The position numbers and the translations under genes are program-made. This document shows positions 41,091-50,856 of a stretch of DNA of 64,000 nucleotides, one piece after another. Source of the DNA: Candidatus Omnitrophota bacterium (GTDB taxonomy: Bacteria; Omnitrophota; Gorgyraeia; Gygaellales; Profunditerraquicolaceae); contig JBEKSD010000003.1 in the NCBI GenBank assembly GCA_049517335.1, positions 32,185-96,184 on the forward strand. Reading direction: 5' to 3'. Each line of letters opens with the position of its first letter. The stretch's first letter is position 1. The notes below the pieces were generated by a model that had not been told where the DNA came from, made no database searches, and saw only the letters and a list, made by a program, of their open reading frames with translations.

Positions 41091-42328
41091 TTTCCGATCA
41101 CCTTTTTTCTGTGCAAGAGGTGATGATAGCTTAGCGCAAACCTGTGTGCCTCATCGCGCACCCTGCGGATTAAGTTAAGCGCTGCGTTATCCGACTTAAA
41201 TTTGACCGGCGTTGCGCTGCCTTTAGTATATATATTCTCTTCTTCTTTGGCAATACTTAGTAAGGGCAAATTAAGCCCCAGGGCCTCAAGCTCCTTTTGC
41301 GCGGTAGCCAGATGCGCAAGGCCGCCGTCAATCAAAATTAAATCCGGCAAGGGTAATTTCTCTTTAAGCAGCCTTTGATAGCGCCTGCCCACTACTTCAG
41401 AGAGCATTTTATAATCATCAATACCTTTCACGGTCTTAATCCGGAAACGCCGGTAATTATTTTTATCCGGCACGCCTTTATAGAAACTGACCATTGAGCC
41501 GCAGGCCTCCTGGCCGCTGATATTGGAAATATCAAAGGCCTCTATCCTCTCAGGCAGCCTTTGCATATGCAGCAGCTCTTTTAAGCCCTGAAGTGCAGCA
41601 GAAGCAGCAGGGCCTAGCTGCACTGAATTAATCGCGCTTATGGCCTTAATCTGATCCCGGATCTTGGCCGCCTCTTCATATTGCTGCTGCTTAGACTTTT
41701 TTTGCATAATACGGTTTAAGTACTTAAGCAGATATTCTGTTTTACCTTCTAAAATCAGGCGGATATTCTTAATCAAGACAGCATAATCTTTCCGAGAAAT
41801 TTTACCTATGCATGGCGCGGGAGAGAGGTTAAGGCGATAGTAAATACAGGCTTTCTTGGGAAGTTTCCTACAGGAACGAAAGGGAAAAGTGCGGCGGATA
41901 ATCCTTAGGGCTTCCTTGAGTAATTTCGCGCTTGTGTAAGGCCCAATATAAACGGAGCCGTCATTCTTTTTCTCGCGGGTTATCTGAATCGCGGGATATT
42001 CCTCATTAGTGATTACAACATAAGGGAAACTTTTATCATCGCGCAAAACAACGTTGTATTTCGGCATATATCTGTGGATTAAATTCGCTTCGCGCAGCAA
42101 GGCTAGGCTTTCCGTAGGGCATAATTCATATTCAATTTTAGAGGCATGCTGCATTAAGGCGGCGGTTTTAGCGGAAAGCCCACCTGCGAAATAACTGCTC
42201 AGGCGCTTCTTAAGCGAATTCGCCTTGCCTACATAGATGACCTGCTCAGAGGCGTTTTTCATGAGATACACGCCTGAAGCATCCGGCAGGGCATTTGCTT
42301 TTAGCTTGAGCTGATTTATTCTCTTCAT
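41087..42328 (-). CDS. UvrC-like excinuclease: GIY-YIG nuclease plus the UvrC RNase-H-like endonuclease domain; no HhH tail
   Basis: GIY-YIG is SGVYLMKN..VIYVGKANSLKKR. The C-terminal region reads AFDISN...DGG...DEAHRFA. At 413 aa it is ~200 aa shorter than UvrC. Confidence 0.6.
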   Translation of the reverse strand: MKRINQLKLKANALPDASGVYLMKNASEQVIYVGKANSLKKRLSSYFAGGLSAKTAALMQHASKIEYELCPTESLALLREANLIHRYMPKYNVVLRDDKSFPYVVITNEEYPAIQITREKKNDGSVYIGPYTSAKLLKEALRIIRRTFPFRSCRKLPKKACIYYRLNLSPAPCIGKISRKDYAVLIKNIRLILEGKTEYLLKYLNRIMQKKSKQQQYEEAAKIRDQIKAISAINSVQLGPAASAALQGLKELLHMQRLPERIEAFDISNISGQEACGSMVSFYKGVPDKNNYRRFRIKTVKGIDDYKMLSEVVGRRYQRLLKEKLPLPDLILIDGGLAHLATAQKELEALGLNLPLLSIAKEEENIYTKGSATPVKFKSDNAALNLIRRVRDEAHRFALSYHHLLHRKKVIGK

Positions 42329-42340
42329 CTTTTTTATCTT

Positions 42341-43885
42341 TTAAGCGCTTGCTTTCATCCCTTTTTTTAACCAGACTAACAGCTCGCCTGCCTCGCTGAC
42401 CCTGAAGATAAAACAGCAAACAACGTAAGAAACCATACCTGCCGCAACTGCCAGGCTTAAGCTTAATAATTTATTTACTCCGATATTAGAAATAAAATAA
42501 CAGGCCGCCCCCATGCAAACGCTTGAGGCCAGTATTTTTACGAATGAACTCGCGATGTGTCTTGATTCAAAATCGCCGATTCTCCTACGCAAAACTATAA
42601 ACAAAATAATAAAGCTGATTATCCCCGATATGGAGGTTGCCAGGGCAAGCCCGGCTATCTTCATGGGAAACATAAACAGAGAACATAAGACGATATTTAA
42701 AACTAAGGTTATACCCGCATTCTTAGCCGGAGTTACGGTATCTTTAAGCGCAAAAAAACATGATTGCAATATTTTAACTGCCCCGTAGGCAAATAATCCG
42801 ATACTATAGTAGAAAAGCGCTTGCGAGGTAAGGTTAGCGGAGTAGGCGTCGAATTTTCCTCCCCTATATAAAGTTGAAATAATTTGCCTTGAGAGGACCA
42901 TAAAGGCAACCGAAGCCGGCAGCATCACGAATAAATTCGCGCGCAGGCCCCAAGAAAGTGTGCGTTTTAAATCCTGATGATTATCATCCAGCGCCTCTCT
43001 TGAAAAAGTAGGCAGGATTGCCTGAGAAAGCGCGTTACTAAAAATACCGATGGGAAACTGAATCAGGCGGTAAGAAAAATACAGTACCGCTACACCTCCC
43101 TCCCCTACGATAAATGCCAAAGAACCGAATATTGAATCAACAAAATTATTCAGCTGATAAATGCCGGAACTGGCTACCCGCGGCAGCATGAGTTTAGCAA
43201 TAGTCCGCGCGCCGGGATGGTTAAAATGCTTGAATAAGCGCAGCCGGAAACCCTTTTTATAAAGAACGGGGATCTGCACGGCAAGCTGCAAAACTCCTCC
43301 TACAAGCACGCCGTAAGCCAACCCGGCAATCCCCTCTCCAAAGAGAAGCGCGAATACGATTATGGAAATATTCAGAAGACAGGGCGCAAAAGCGGGAACG
43401 GCAAAATGTTTCAACGAATTAAGCACCCCCATTGCATAAGCTGCCAGGCATATTAAAATCAGGTAAGGGAATATTATCCGGTTAAGTTTTATGGTTGTTT
43501 CTAATTTCTCGGGGAAACTGATAAATCCAGGGGCAATAAGGCGCACGATAAGGGGAGAAAATATCATCCCTAAAATCGTAATAACCATGAGTGTCACAAG
43601 GAGCAGGTTCAAGACCACATTCGCTAGTTCCCAAAATTCTTCTTTTGTGTGCTTATGCGCGTATTCGCTAAATACCGGGACAAGGGCGGCGTTGCTTGCC
43701 CCCTCCCCGAGTAAGTCGCGGAAAAGGTTGGGGATCCTGAAAGAAATAACTAATGCCTGGGCGTAAAGATAGACGCCGAAGAGCCGGGCAATGACTATAT
43801 CCCGGACAAACCCCAAGAGCCGCGAAACGAACGTCGCTAGCGCGATGACTAAAGCGGACCTGGCTATGGATTTATGGGTTGACAT
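42341..43885 (-). CDS. murJ: lipid II flippase MurJ
   Basis: 514 aa and multi-TM. The MurJ N-terminal region reads ALVIALATFVSRLLGFVRDIVIARLFG. Confidence 0.85.
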   Translation of the reverse strand: MSTHKSIARSALVIALATFVSRLLGFVRDIVIARLFGVYLYAQALVISFRIPNLFRDLLGEGASNAALVPVFSEYAHKHTKEEFWELANVVLNLLLVTLMVITILGMIFSPLIVRLIAPGFISFPEKLETTIKLNRIIFPYLILICLAAYAMGVLNSLKHFAVPAFAPCLLNISIIVFALLFGEGIAGLAYGVLVGGVLQLAVQIPVLYKKGFRLRLFKHFNHPGARTIAKLMLPRVASSGIYQLNNFVDSIFGSLAFIVGEGGVAVLYFSYRLIQFPIGIFSNALSQAILPTFSREALDDNHQDLKRTLSWGLRANLFVMLPASVAFMVLSRQIISTLYRGGKFDAYSANLTSQALFYYSIGLFAYGAVKILQSCFFALKDTVTPAKNAGITLVLNIVLCSLFMFPMKIAGLALATSISGIISFIILFIVLRRRIGDFESRHIASSFVKILASSVCMGAACYFISNIGVNKLLSLSLAVAAGMVSYVVCCFIFRVSEAGELLVWLKKGMKASA

Positions 43886-43950
43886 GGGTTTATAATTATG
43901 CTATAAAATAAACCGCTTGAATTTTTTTTACGCTAAAAGGAGAAATTAAT

Positions 43951-44214
43951 ATGCCCAGACGCAGAACATCATTAAAGAGCAACCGCCAGAACCTAAAAAA
44001 ACACTTACGTAACTTAAAAGTAAAACAGCAGCTTAAGAAAACGCTGAAATCCCTTCAGGACCTGCTTAGTGCTAAGAATTTAGCGGAAGCGAAAAAGCTA
44101 CTGACAAAAGTTTTCTCCCAGCTGGACAAGGCAGCCAAGAAAAAGATCATTCACCCTAAAACAGCCAGCCGTAGGAAATCCCGCCTAATGAAGCGGCTTA
44201 ACAAAAGCGCATAA
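43951..44214 (+). CDS. rpsT: 30S ribosomal protein S20
   Basis: 87 aa and highly basic with an alpha-helical K/R/A-rich composition typical of S20. Synteny with holA supports the call. Confidence 0.8.
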   Translation: MPRRRTSLKSNRQNLKKHLRNLKVKQQLKKTLKSLQDLLSAKNLAEAKKLLTKVFSQLDKAAKKKIIHPKTASRRKSRLMKRLNKSA

Positions 44215-44835
44215 ACTCACGACTAATTTTTCCAAGGCGAAAACGGGCTTTAGTTTACCCATTTTTATTTCCGTATCGCATAAGATAAAAAGCTTGAGTC
44301 TTCTTCTTAATTCAAAAGGGCCTGCACTCAGCCTTTCCCACTCATGGCGCAACCCGCCCAGTATCCTTTCCGGCCTCTCCCCCTGATTTAATAACTGATT
44401 CAGCACCCTTAATGCCGCATCTATGCTTTTTGAGTCAATCAAGCGGCATAATGTAAACGTATTCAGCTGAGGCGTTTCCTTAAAGCGGATTACTTTTGCA
44501 TATTTTGCGGCATTATTAAGAAAACTGTCCCTTCTATCAACGCAGCCTAGATCCAATATAAGGACTACGTATTTCTGCGCTTCCTTTAGATATTCCAGCA
44601 GGAAATCCTTTAACGCCTCTTTTAACTCCTGCGCTTCTTTAATAACCACCATTCTTTTAGCATTGTTGCCGGGAAGGTAAAACAGTTTTTCCTGAAGGCT
44701 CTTTAAGCTGAGGCCCCTTGCATATAGGGTATCAAGGTTAAACTGTTCTATATTTTCAGGTAAGAATGAGCTTTTTAGTTTCCTAAGCTGGATATCTTTT
44801 GAGGTAGGATCATCACCGACGAATAAATAGACCAT
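44185..44835 (-). CDS. holA: DNA polymerase III delta subunit (short form)
   Basis: 216 aa with a HolA-like N-terminus (MVYLFVGDD). It is convergent with rpsT as in many bacteria. Confidence 0.55.
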   Translation of the reverse strand: MVYLFVGDDPTSKDIQLRKLKSSFLPENIEQFNLDTLYARGLSLKSLQEKLFYLPGNNAKRMVVIKEAQELKEALKDFLLEYLKEAQKYVVLILDLGCVDRRDSFLNNAAKYAKVIRFKETPQLNTFTLCRLIDSKSIDAALRVLNQLLNQGERPERILGGLRHEWERLSAGPFELRRRLKLFILCDTEIKMGKLKPVFALEKLVVSLCAFVKPLH

Positions 44836-44844
44836 TACCTTAGC

Positions 44845-45390
44845 TTACCACTGGTCAACAGCCCGCTCAACAACCCTGCGCGCAAGGTCGACCAAGGCGT
44901 TGTTAACTGCCGCACTTTCCGAGATTGCGGTTGTACCGCTAGTATAATAAGTTGTGTCTCCCGTAAAGTTGTTTTCTTGGTAAAGGAGCTTATTTTCTTT
45001 AGTGTCCCAGAGGCTCATATTAATAACGGGACTAAGCCGGTACTCCAAAACATTCTTGCTATTATCGTATCTTAAGGGATCCCTGTGAAAATCAACCAGT
45101 TCGCCTTTGAGGATTAAATCCGCATTAGGTTCTTGAACCGGCTTAAGGTTTCCGTCGGTAAGGAACTTATTGATAACCGCGTTCGTTATATCCGTCTCAA
45201 GATGGGGTATGTAGATACGGTACTGGCTTCCAGTATAGGCTTCATTGGTAATATCGGTCTTATTCACGAAAGGCGTGATGTATATGGTGTGGTATTTATT
45301 GGTAATCATTGATCGGGTAGTATAGCCGCAGCCGCATAAAGCAGTAACGAGTAACAAGTAACTAGTAATTAATAAAAATCTTTTTCTCAT
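44845..45390 (-). CDS. LptE-like LPS-assembly lipoprotein
   Basis: Lipobox LVTALCGCG, the ~180 aa size and the position directly upstream of holA. The likely start is MRKRF at 45390. The ORF track begins further upstream, at 45441. Confidence 0.45.
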   Translation of the reverse strand: MRKRFLLITSYLLLVTALCGCGYTTRSMITNKYHTIYITPFVNKTDITNEAYTGSQYRIYIPHLETDITNAVINKFLTDGNLKPVQEPNADLILKGELVDFHRDPLRYDNSKNVLEYRLSPVINMSLWDTKENKLLYQENNFTGDTTYYTSGTTAISESAAVNNALVDLARRVVERAVDQW

Positions 45391-46331
45391 TTTTTCATTT
45401 TCTCCAGTACCTGAAGCCTCTCGGCAGCCTTTGCCGGCCAAGAAGTTTCGGAATAATTATTTATTATATCATTATAATAAATAATGGCTGCGTTATAAGC
45501 CTTCTCTTTTTCGTAGAAACGGGCGATATCGTAGCAGCTGGCCGCCTCTTTTTCTTTTAAAGCCGCAATATTCTTCTCCGCTTCCTGAGACAAAACTGCG
45601 TCGGGATGATCCCGGGCAAACTCCTCAAATTTCTGTTTTGCTTCCTGCATCGCGCCCTGATCATACTCCGGTCCTTGGGATTCTGCTGCGCGGCAGGTGG
45701 CTATCTGGAACCTTGCGGCAGTAGCCCATTCGCTGGAGGGGTAATTTGAGATAACCTTGCCAAACGCTTCCTCTGCATCATAATAACTCAGCTGCTTTTT
45801 TAAAACAAGCCCGAGCATATACTCTGCCTTTGGCGCAAGCGGACCGTAAGTAGAGTTTTCAACTACTTTAGTAAAGATTTCAATAGCCGGGTTCTCAACC
45901 GGTAGAGTAACCCCCAGCGCTTTCCTTTTCGCGCCGTTCATGAAATCTTCTGCGATCTTATACTCACGCCTGATTATTTCCTGGATCCTTTCAGAGAAAG
46001 GATACTTATCGATTACTTTCTGGTAGGCCTGATACGCCTCGTATATATTACCTTTTTCTTCCTCAATTAAACCGATATAATACTGCGATTCGGAAGCCTC
46101 AAAGGACTTAGGATAGGCCTTAAGGAGTTTCTTGAACTCGCGTATCGCGTCCTCATATTTCTTTATATCATAGAAACTTTTGGCATACTCAAACTGCTCT
46201 TTAGGAGTAGATTTGGGTAAGCTTTTAGGATTTACGAATTTCCCGCTCTTAGGAGTCCAGATCCAATAAGGATAGGCCGGGGTTAAACCCAAAGTAAGAA
46301 GTAAAAATATTATTAAGATGCTGCGCTTCAT
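45387..46331 (-). CDS. TPR-repeat lipoprotein, BamD/YfiO-like
   Basis: A signal peptide is followed by several TPR-like helices (YEDAIREFKKLLKAYPKS..., ...YEAYQAYQKVIDKYP). Confidence 0.5.
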   Translation of the reverse strand: MKRSILIIFLLLTLGLTPAYPYWIWTPKSGKFVNPKSLPKSTPKEQFEYAKSFYDIKKYEDAIREFKKLLKAYPKSFEASESQYYIGLIEEEKGNIYEAYQAYQKVIDKYPFSERIQEIIRREYKIAEDFMNGAKRKALGVTLPVENPAIEIFTKVVENSTYGPLAPKAEYMLGLVLKKQLSYYDAEEAFGKVISNYPSSEWATAARFQIATCRAAESQGPEYDQGAMQEAKQKFEEFARDHPDAVLSQEAEKNIAALKEKEAASCYDIARFYEKEKAYNAAIIYYNDIINNYSETSWPAKAAERLQVLEKMKK

Positions 46332-46340
46332 AATGTTTTA

Positions 46341-46369
46341 ACTTTAACATACGGCGGGGATTTTGTCAA
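46341..46369 (-). promoter_or_regulatory. sigma70-like promoter TTGACA-N17-TAAAGT, with the -10 ending 10 nt before the ATG (leaderless candidate)
   Basis: Read directly from the sequence on the minus strand. Confidence 0.4.
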
Positions 46370-46482
46370 CCCGTCTAGAACCAATTCAAACTGCCTCCCA
46401 AGTCCAAATAAAGATTATAATTCAAGCACTCTAACGAATCCCTATTATAGCAAAGATTGGCAAAAAGAATACAAGAATTACA

Positions 46483-46566
46483 TTTACTTAAAATGTCTTT
46501 ACGGGAAATCGCTAAAGCGTTTAAGATAAGTAAAGGAACTGTCTTTAAGGCATTTAAATATCTGAA
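46483..46566 (+). pseudogene. 27-codon remnant of an HTH (resolvase/transposase-type) DNA-binding domain
   Basis: Translation gives MSLREIAKAFKISKGTVFKAFKYLNHS*. It resembles the C-terminal HTH of serine recombinases or IS OrfA (LSLREIAK.FGVSK.TVYR). It lies in an AT-rich intergenic islet. Confidence 0.35.
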
Positions 46567-46783
46567 TCATTCCTAGTAGAAAACTGTCGTTTTTTGTCCG
46601 ATTTTTTAAGGCCTTAAATTACGTAACTCTTTTGTATGCAATAAGTTAAGAATAAATAACGCATCGAGCTATGACATTAGTTCCTAGATGTATTAGTTTG
46701 CAGGTTAGCGTCGGCATTATATAAACCTAGCTTTTTATTCTCTACAATAAGAAGTTTAGCTACTCTTTACGGTATTTCCAGCT

Positions 46784-47152
46784 TTATTCTCCTTTGCTTC
46801 TTTCATTCTCTATCGGATAAATTCTAAAAGCACCATATCCTTGGCTATGTATATAATACTCATCACCATCTAGCTTTGATTTAACCCTTAGTGGCTTATC
46901 TCTCATTATGAAGTCTGTCTTACATATACAAAAATGCTTAAAAGCTTCTTCTGACGAAATTATTACACCATTACTTTTCGTCTCCCTACTTCTTTTTATT
47001 ATCCCTTTAGACTGAGGAGATATTTTTGTTTCTTCTATTCTTCCTGGCTTAACTTCAATCTCGCTATCTTTCTTCGTTAAATCGCTTCGACAATACCTAC
47101 ATTTTATCGCTTCATCTTGGATTTCCTCGGCACAAAAAGGACATTTCTTCAT
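46784..47152 (-). CDS. zinc-ribbon protein of unknown function
   Basis: CPFC...CRYC at the N-terminus. The likely start is MKKCPF. AT-rich. Confidence 0.35.
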   Translation of the reverse strand: MKKCPFCAEEIQDEAIKCRYCRSDLTKKDSEIEVKPGRIEETKISPQSKGIIKRSRETKSNGVIISSEEAFKHFCICKTDFIMRDKPLRVKSKLDGDEYYIHSQGYGAFRIYPIENERSKGE

Positions 47153-47368
47153 GATATACCTCCCTGTTTCTTTTATCCACCTGCTCAAAGGCTTTGGGGT
47201 TATTAATTAGCTCTGAGGGAAAGCAAGTATGAAAGTCTTACGAAGAGACTTATTTTCTGGAATTATCTATATTCCATTTTGGCATATTTCATCTTGGAAT
47301 ATATCATATTTATATAAGACAATCAAGATAAATAGGAAGGTAAATATGGATAAAACGGCTGGTTTATT

Positions 47369-48382
47369 CTATGCGTGTGTTTCAGTAAATTTAATGATAT
47401 GTTCCATCATATCAACGCATTCTATAGGATACAAACCGACTGCGGTTTCTGCGGAAAGCATCACGTAATCCGAACCGTCCAATATGGCGTTAGCCACATC
47501 TGAAACCTCCGCCCTTTCAGGGATACGATTCTCAGTCATACTCTCCAGCATCTGAGTAGCGGTAATGACAAATTTTCCTGCTCGGTTACATTTTCTAATT
47601 ATCTCTTTTTGAACTATCGGCACCTCATATATAGGGATAGAAACTCCCATATCCCCTCTTGCGACCATAATCCCATCGCAGACTTTGATTATTTCATCAA
47701 TATTTTTAATGCCTTCCCGGTTCTCGATCTTTGCAATGATCTGACATTTATGCGGATAATTCTTAAGATATTCTCTAATAATAACGATGTCATCCTTACT
47801 TCTTACAAAAGACTGGGCTATATAATCAATTTTATTCTCTATACAAAAACGTATATTCTCCTTGTCTTTTGCTGTCAAATCTTTAAAGCCAATTTTAACG
47901 CCGGGCATATTAATACCCTTACGCTCCTTAATTAGCCCGGGCATAACCACCCTAGTCTTTAATCTATTTCTTTGGCGCTCTAAAACTAAAAGAGCAATAT
48001 TGCCATCATCAATATAAATATGCTGGCCTTTTTTGATCTCATTTAAAGAGTCTTTGTAATCAAACGGTATGAGGCTACCTTTTCCTAAAGTATTCTCTTG
48101 CGTTAACCAAATGACCTCCCCTTTTTTTACTTTGATAGCCTGACCTACCTTTAGTCTACCAACCCTTATGCGGTAACCTTCTAAATCTCCCAATATTTTT
48201 GTATTTAGGCGATATTTTTTATTTAGTTTTCTGATGAGCCGTACCAGATGCAAATGAACCTTTAGGCTAGAGTGAGAGAAATTTAGCCTTGCCACATCCA
48301 TACCAGCACGCATCATCTTTAAGAGGATACTTTCTTTTTTTGAAGCAGGGCCTAAAGTGCAAATTATTTTAGTCTTTGTCAT
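47369..48382 (-). CDS. pyk: pyruvate kinase, A (TIM-barrel) and B domains only; the C-terminal effector domain is absent
   Basis: The PK motifs [25 protein letters not shown] and TATQMLESM are present. The protein ends at ...[26 protein letters not shown], the usual A/C domain junction. Confidence 0.7.
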   Translation of the reverse strand: MTKTKIICTLGPASKKESILLKMMRAGMDVARLNFSHSSLKVHLHLVRLIRKLNKKYRLNTKILGDLEGYRIRVGRLKVGQAIKVKKGEVIWLTQENTLGKGSLIPFDYKDSLNEIKKGQHIYIDDGNIALLVLERQRNRLKTRVVMPGLIKERKGINMPGVKIGFKDLTAKDKENIRFCIENKIDYIAQSFVRSKDDIVIIREYLKNYPHKCQIIAKIENREGIKNIDEIIKVCDGIMVARGDMGVSIPIYEVPIVQKEIIRKCNRAGKFVITATQMLESMTENRIPERAEVSDVANAILDGSDYVMLSAETAVGLYPIECVDMMEHIIKFTETHA

Positions 48383-49164
48383 TTACGAATTTTCCCCTTA
48401 TGATTCTTGAGGTTTTTCTCAATACACCTATAATCTTCGATTTCGCAATGCAATTGTTTATTGATTATCTCTAAAGCGCGAGATGTTGTTTCCATTTGGA
48501 TTCTTTTCTTTTGAATACGGTAAAAAATATAGCCGAAGACAAGAAATACAAGAAAAAATAATCCTATCAGCACCAGTAAATTTCTTAAATTCCTATGCAG
48601 CGGGACGGTAAGCGCGCTGAGCCTTTCTGTTACGACAACAGAATAAAGGCCATTTTGCCCCTGTAGGTGGGCAAAGGCAAATAGTTTCATTTCTTTCTTC
48701 GGCTTATCGTCCTTTGTAGGGAACAATAAAATTGCTGTCCCCGAACTGTTAGAATTCAGCTTTTTCATAAAAGCATTTAACTGAGACAATTCCTTTGCGT
48801 TCAATACCTCTTTGCCGACTTCAAGAATATTTTTACCTACGTGCCTTTTAACCGGATCGCTCAAGATAGTATGATTATTATCCATAACAAAGGTGGTAAA
48901 TCTTTCTTGATCATTTATATGTTGTATAAGCTTGTCTATATACCCGGGCTCTTGTTTAATTCCAAGAACCCTGCTTTCAATATCATGACTAGCTGACTTG
49001 GCAATAATCAGAAGTTCACGTAACTCCGCGTTAATAACAGAACGCTCAAAATCAAAATGATTAATCCATCCTAAAGTTAAAATACTACCCACAAACAAAA
49101 CAGCTAAGGTAAATAACAGCGCATTCCTGAAGCTGATAACTTGCCTAGCTATTCTTTTTATCAT
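48379..49164 (-). CDS. membrane protein with a periplasmic sensor-like (Cache-like) domain between two TMs and no output domain
   Basis: TM1 lies at residues ~15-35 and TM2 at ~195-220. The fold assignment is tentative. Confidence 0.3.
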   Translation of the reverse strand: MIKRIARQVISFRNALLFTLAVLFVGSILTLGWINHFDFERSVINAELRELLIIAKSASHDIESRVLGIKQEPGYIDKLIQHINDQERFTTFVMDNNHTILSDPVKRHVGKNILEVGKEVLNAKELSQLNAFMKKLNSNSSGTAILLFPTKDDKPKKEMKLFAFAHLQGQNGLYSVVVTERLSALTVPLHRNLRNLLVLIGLFFLVFLVFGYIFYRIQKKRIQMETTSRALEIINKQLHCEIEDYRCIEKNLKNHKGKIRK

Positions 49165-50012
49165 TTTGTTACCCCCTGCCCTATACGAGAGACTCTCGCA
49201 ACAAAAATTACTACTCCAAATACAATCATCACGAAACAGAGGATTTGCCCCATACTAAACGGACCTACAATAAATCCTAATTGCTGATCTGGTTCACGAA
49301 AGAACTCTAAAAAGAACCGTATCACTCCATAGCCGATAAGATAGAAAGAGAAAAGCGCTCCAGGAATCCGCACCTTCTTACGCAGGCTCCAGAGAATAAT
49401 AAAAAGAAATAGCCCCTCAAATAACGCTTCATAAAGCTGGGATGGATGCCGTAATTGACGCATAGGGTCTAAAGGAAAATACATACCCCAGGGCACACTA
49501 GTAACGCGTCCGTAAAGTTCGCCATTAATAAAATTTCCTAATCTGCCAAAGGTATACCCTAAAGGAACAGCGGAAACGAATAAATCCGCAAGTATCCAGA
49601 AATTCAACTTAAACTTACGGCAAAAAATTACCGAGGCAGCAATTATTCCTATAAGGGCACCATGATAACTCATTCCGTATAGCCCTATATAGTGGAATCC
49701 GTTATTAATATCAAAAGGTAAGATGATTTCTAAAGGATGCTTAAGGTAATAGGATAAATTATAAAATAAAACATACCCTATCCTGCCGCCGGTTAAAAGA
49801 GCAATAGTTATCCAAAGAAAATAAGTGTCTATAGACTCTTTTTTAAATTCAATCTTTTCGTTTTTCAGCCTATACAAAACAAACAAATATACGGTAAGAA
49901 AAGCCAAAAGATACATCAGCCCATAATAATGCACCTGTACCGGGCCTATTCTAAGTGCAATAGGGCTAATGTGTTCAGGAATATGTTTCCACAAGCTAAT
50001 GAATTCTTTCAT
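49161..50012 (-). CDS. lgt: prolipoprotein diacylglyceryl transferase
   Basis: 283 aa and multi-TM. The Lgt signature G103-like region reads GRLGNFINGELYG. Confidence 0.85.
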   Translation of the reverse strand: MKEFISLWKHIPEHISPIALRIGPVQVHYYGLMYLLAFLTVYLFVLYRLKNEKIEFKKESIDTYFLWITIALLTGGRIGYVLFYNLSYYLKHPLEIILPFDINNGFHYIGLYGMSYHGALIGIIAASVIFCRKFKLNFWILADLFVSAVPLGYTFGRLGNFINGELYGRVTSVPWGMYFPLDPMRQLRHPSQLYEALFEGLFLFIILWSLRKKVRIPGALFSFYLIGYGVIRFFLEFFREPDQQLGFIVGPFSMGQILCFVMIVFGVVIFVARVSRIGQGVTK

Positions 50013-50250
50013 TCAGTATAGAGGTTAAAAAACTCCTTCTTAGTATATATCTTTAAAAGTATACCCACAATAAAAAATCACCACAAACACGTTTTCCTCA
50101 TACAGTTCTTGTGAAATTTGCGAGTTATTTCCGCTAAGGAGGGGCAGTAATATTGCAACTCTCTAGACACAGCTATGGGGAAAACTTAAGAGGTAACTCC
50201 CTTAAGAGGAGCCGAACTTATGCATTGACAAGCCCCTTATTAAACAAACA

Positions 50251-50829
50251 TCATTTTCCATGCACCTTTTTTATCAGCCAAGACATATTTTTACCCAATA
50301 CGCTCATCGTCAATAACCCCTCTTCGTCTTTTTCAACCTCTCCGATTTCACGGCCTACTCCTATATTCCAATAGGAAGACCCGACAGTGATCATCTGCCC
50401 TATGGTAAAGAAATGGTTTAGGGTATCGAATGCATGGATTGCACCGGAGCGCCTGACCGAAACAACTGCAGCACCGACCTTACGTTTAAACATTTCGCCG
50501 TTCGCTCTGGAAACGAATCCCGCACGCTCAATTAAGGCTTTTATCTGTGCCGTGCAATCGGCAAAATAGGTAGGTGAGCCTAAGATGATGCCCTCTGCCT
50601 GCTCCATTTTTGCGATACACTCGTTTACTATGTCATCGGTTACCGCGCAGCGCTTGTTTTTGGCGGAGAAACATTTATAACAGGCGATACAACCTTGAAT
50701 CTTCTCTCCGGCAAGCTGAACGAGTTCAGTCTTAATGTCTTCTTTTTCAAGCTCCTTAAATACATGCTTTATCAGAATAGCGGTATTACCATCCTTGCGT
50801 GCACTTCCGTTAAAGGCAACAACTTTCAT
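50251..50829 (-). CDS. iron-sulfur flavoprotein (NADPH-dependent FMN reductase / Isf family)
   Basis: A flavodoxin-like fold (MKVVAFNGSARKDGNT) plus the Cys motif CIACYKC...C. Confidence 0.65.
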   Translation of the reverse strand: MKVVAFNGSARKDGNTAILIKHVFKELEKEDIKTELVQLAGEKIQGCIACYKCFSAKNKRCAVTDDIVNECIAKMEQAEGIILGSPTYFADCTAQIKALIERAGFVSRANGEMFKRKVGAAVVSVRRSGAIHAFDTLNHFFTIGQMITVGSSYWNIGVGREIGEVEKDEEGLLTMSVLGKNMSWLIKKVHGK

Positions 50830-50856
50830 GATACGGCCTCCTTTTATAACAACAGC

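Noticed and set aside
43886-43950. Putative rpsT promoter (TTGAAT...AGAAAT)
   Set aside because: The -10 is poor and the spacing is ambiguous, so it was not reported as a feature.
47229-47468. 79-aa plus-strand ORF spanning the pyk 3' end
   Set aside because: It overlaps the pyk stop region and is AT-rich with no SD or motif. It is more likely non-coding.
50013-50250. 238-nt intergenic region with two copies of cttaagagg; considered as a possible small RNA
   Set aside because: No convincing conserved structure or terminator was found by eye, and the repeat is short. A promoter/UTR region for lgt or the Isf gene is more likely.
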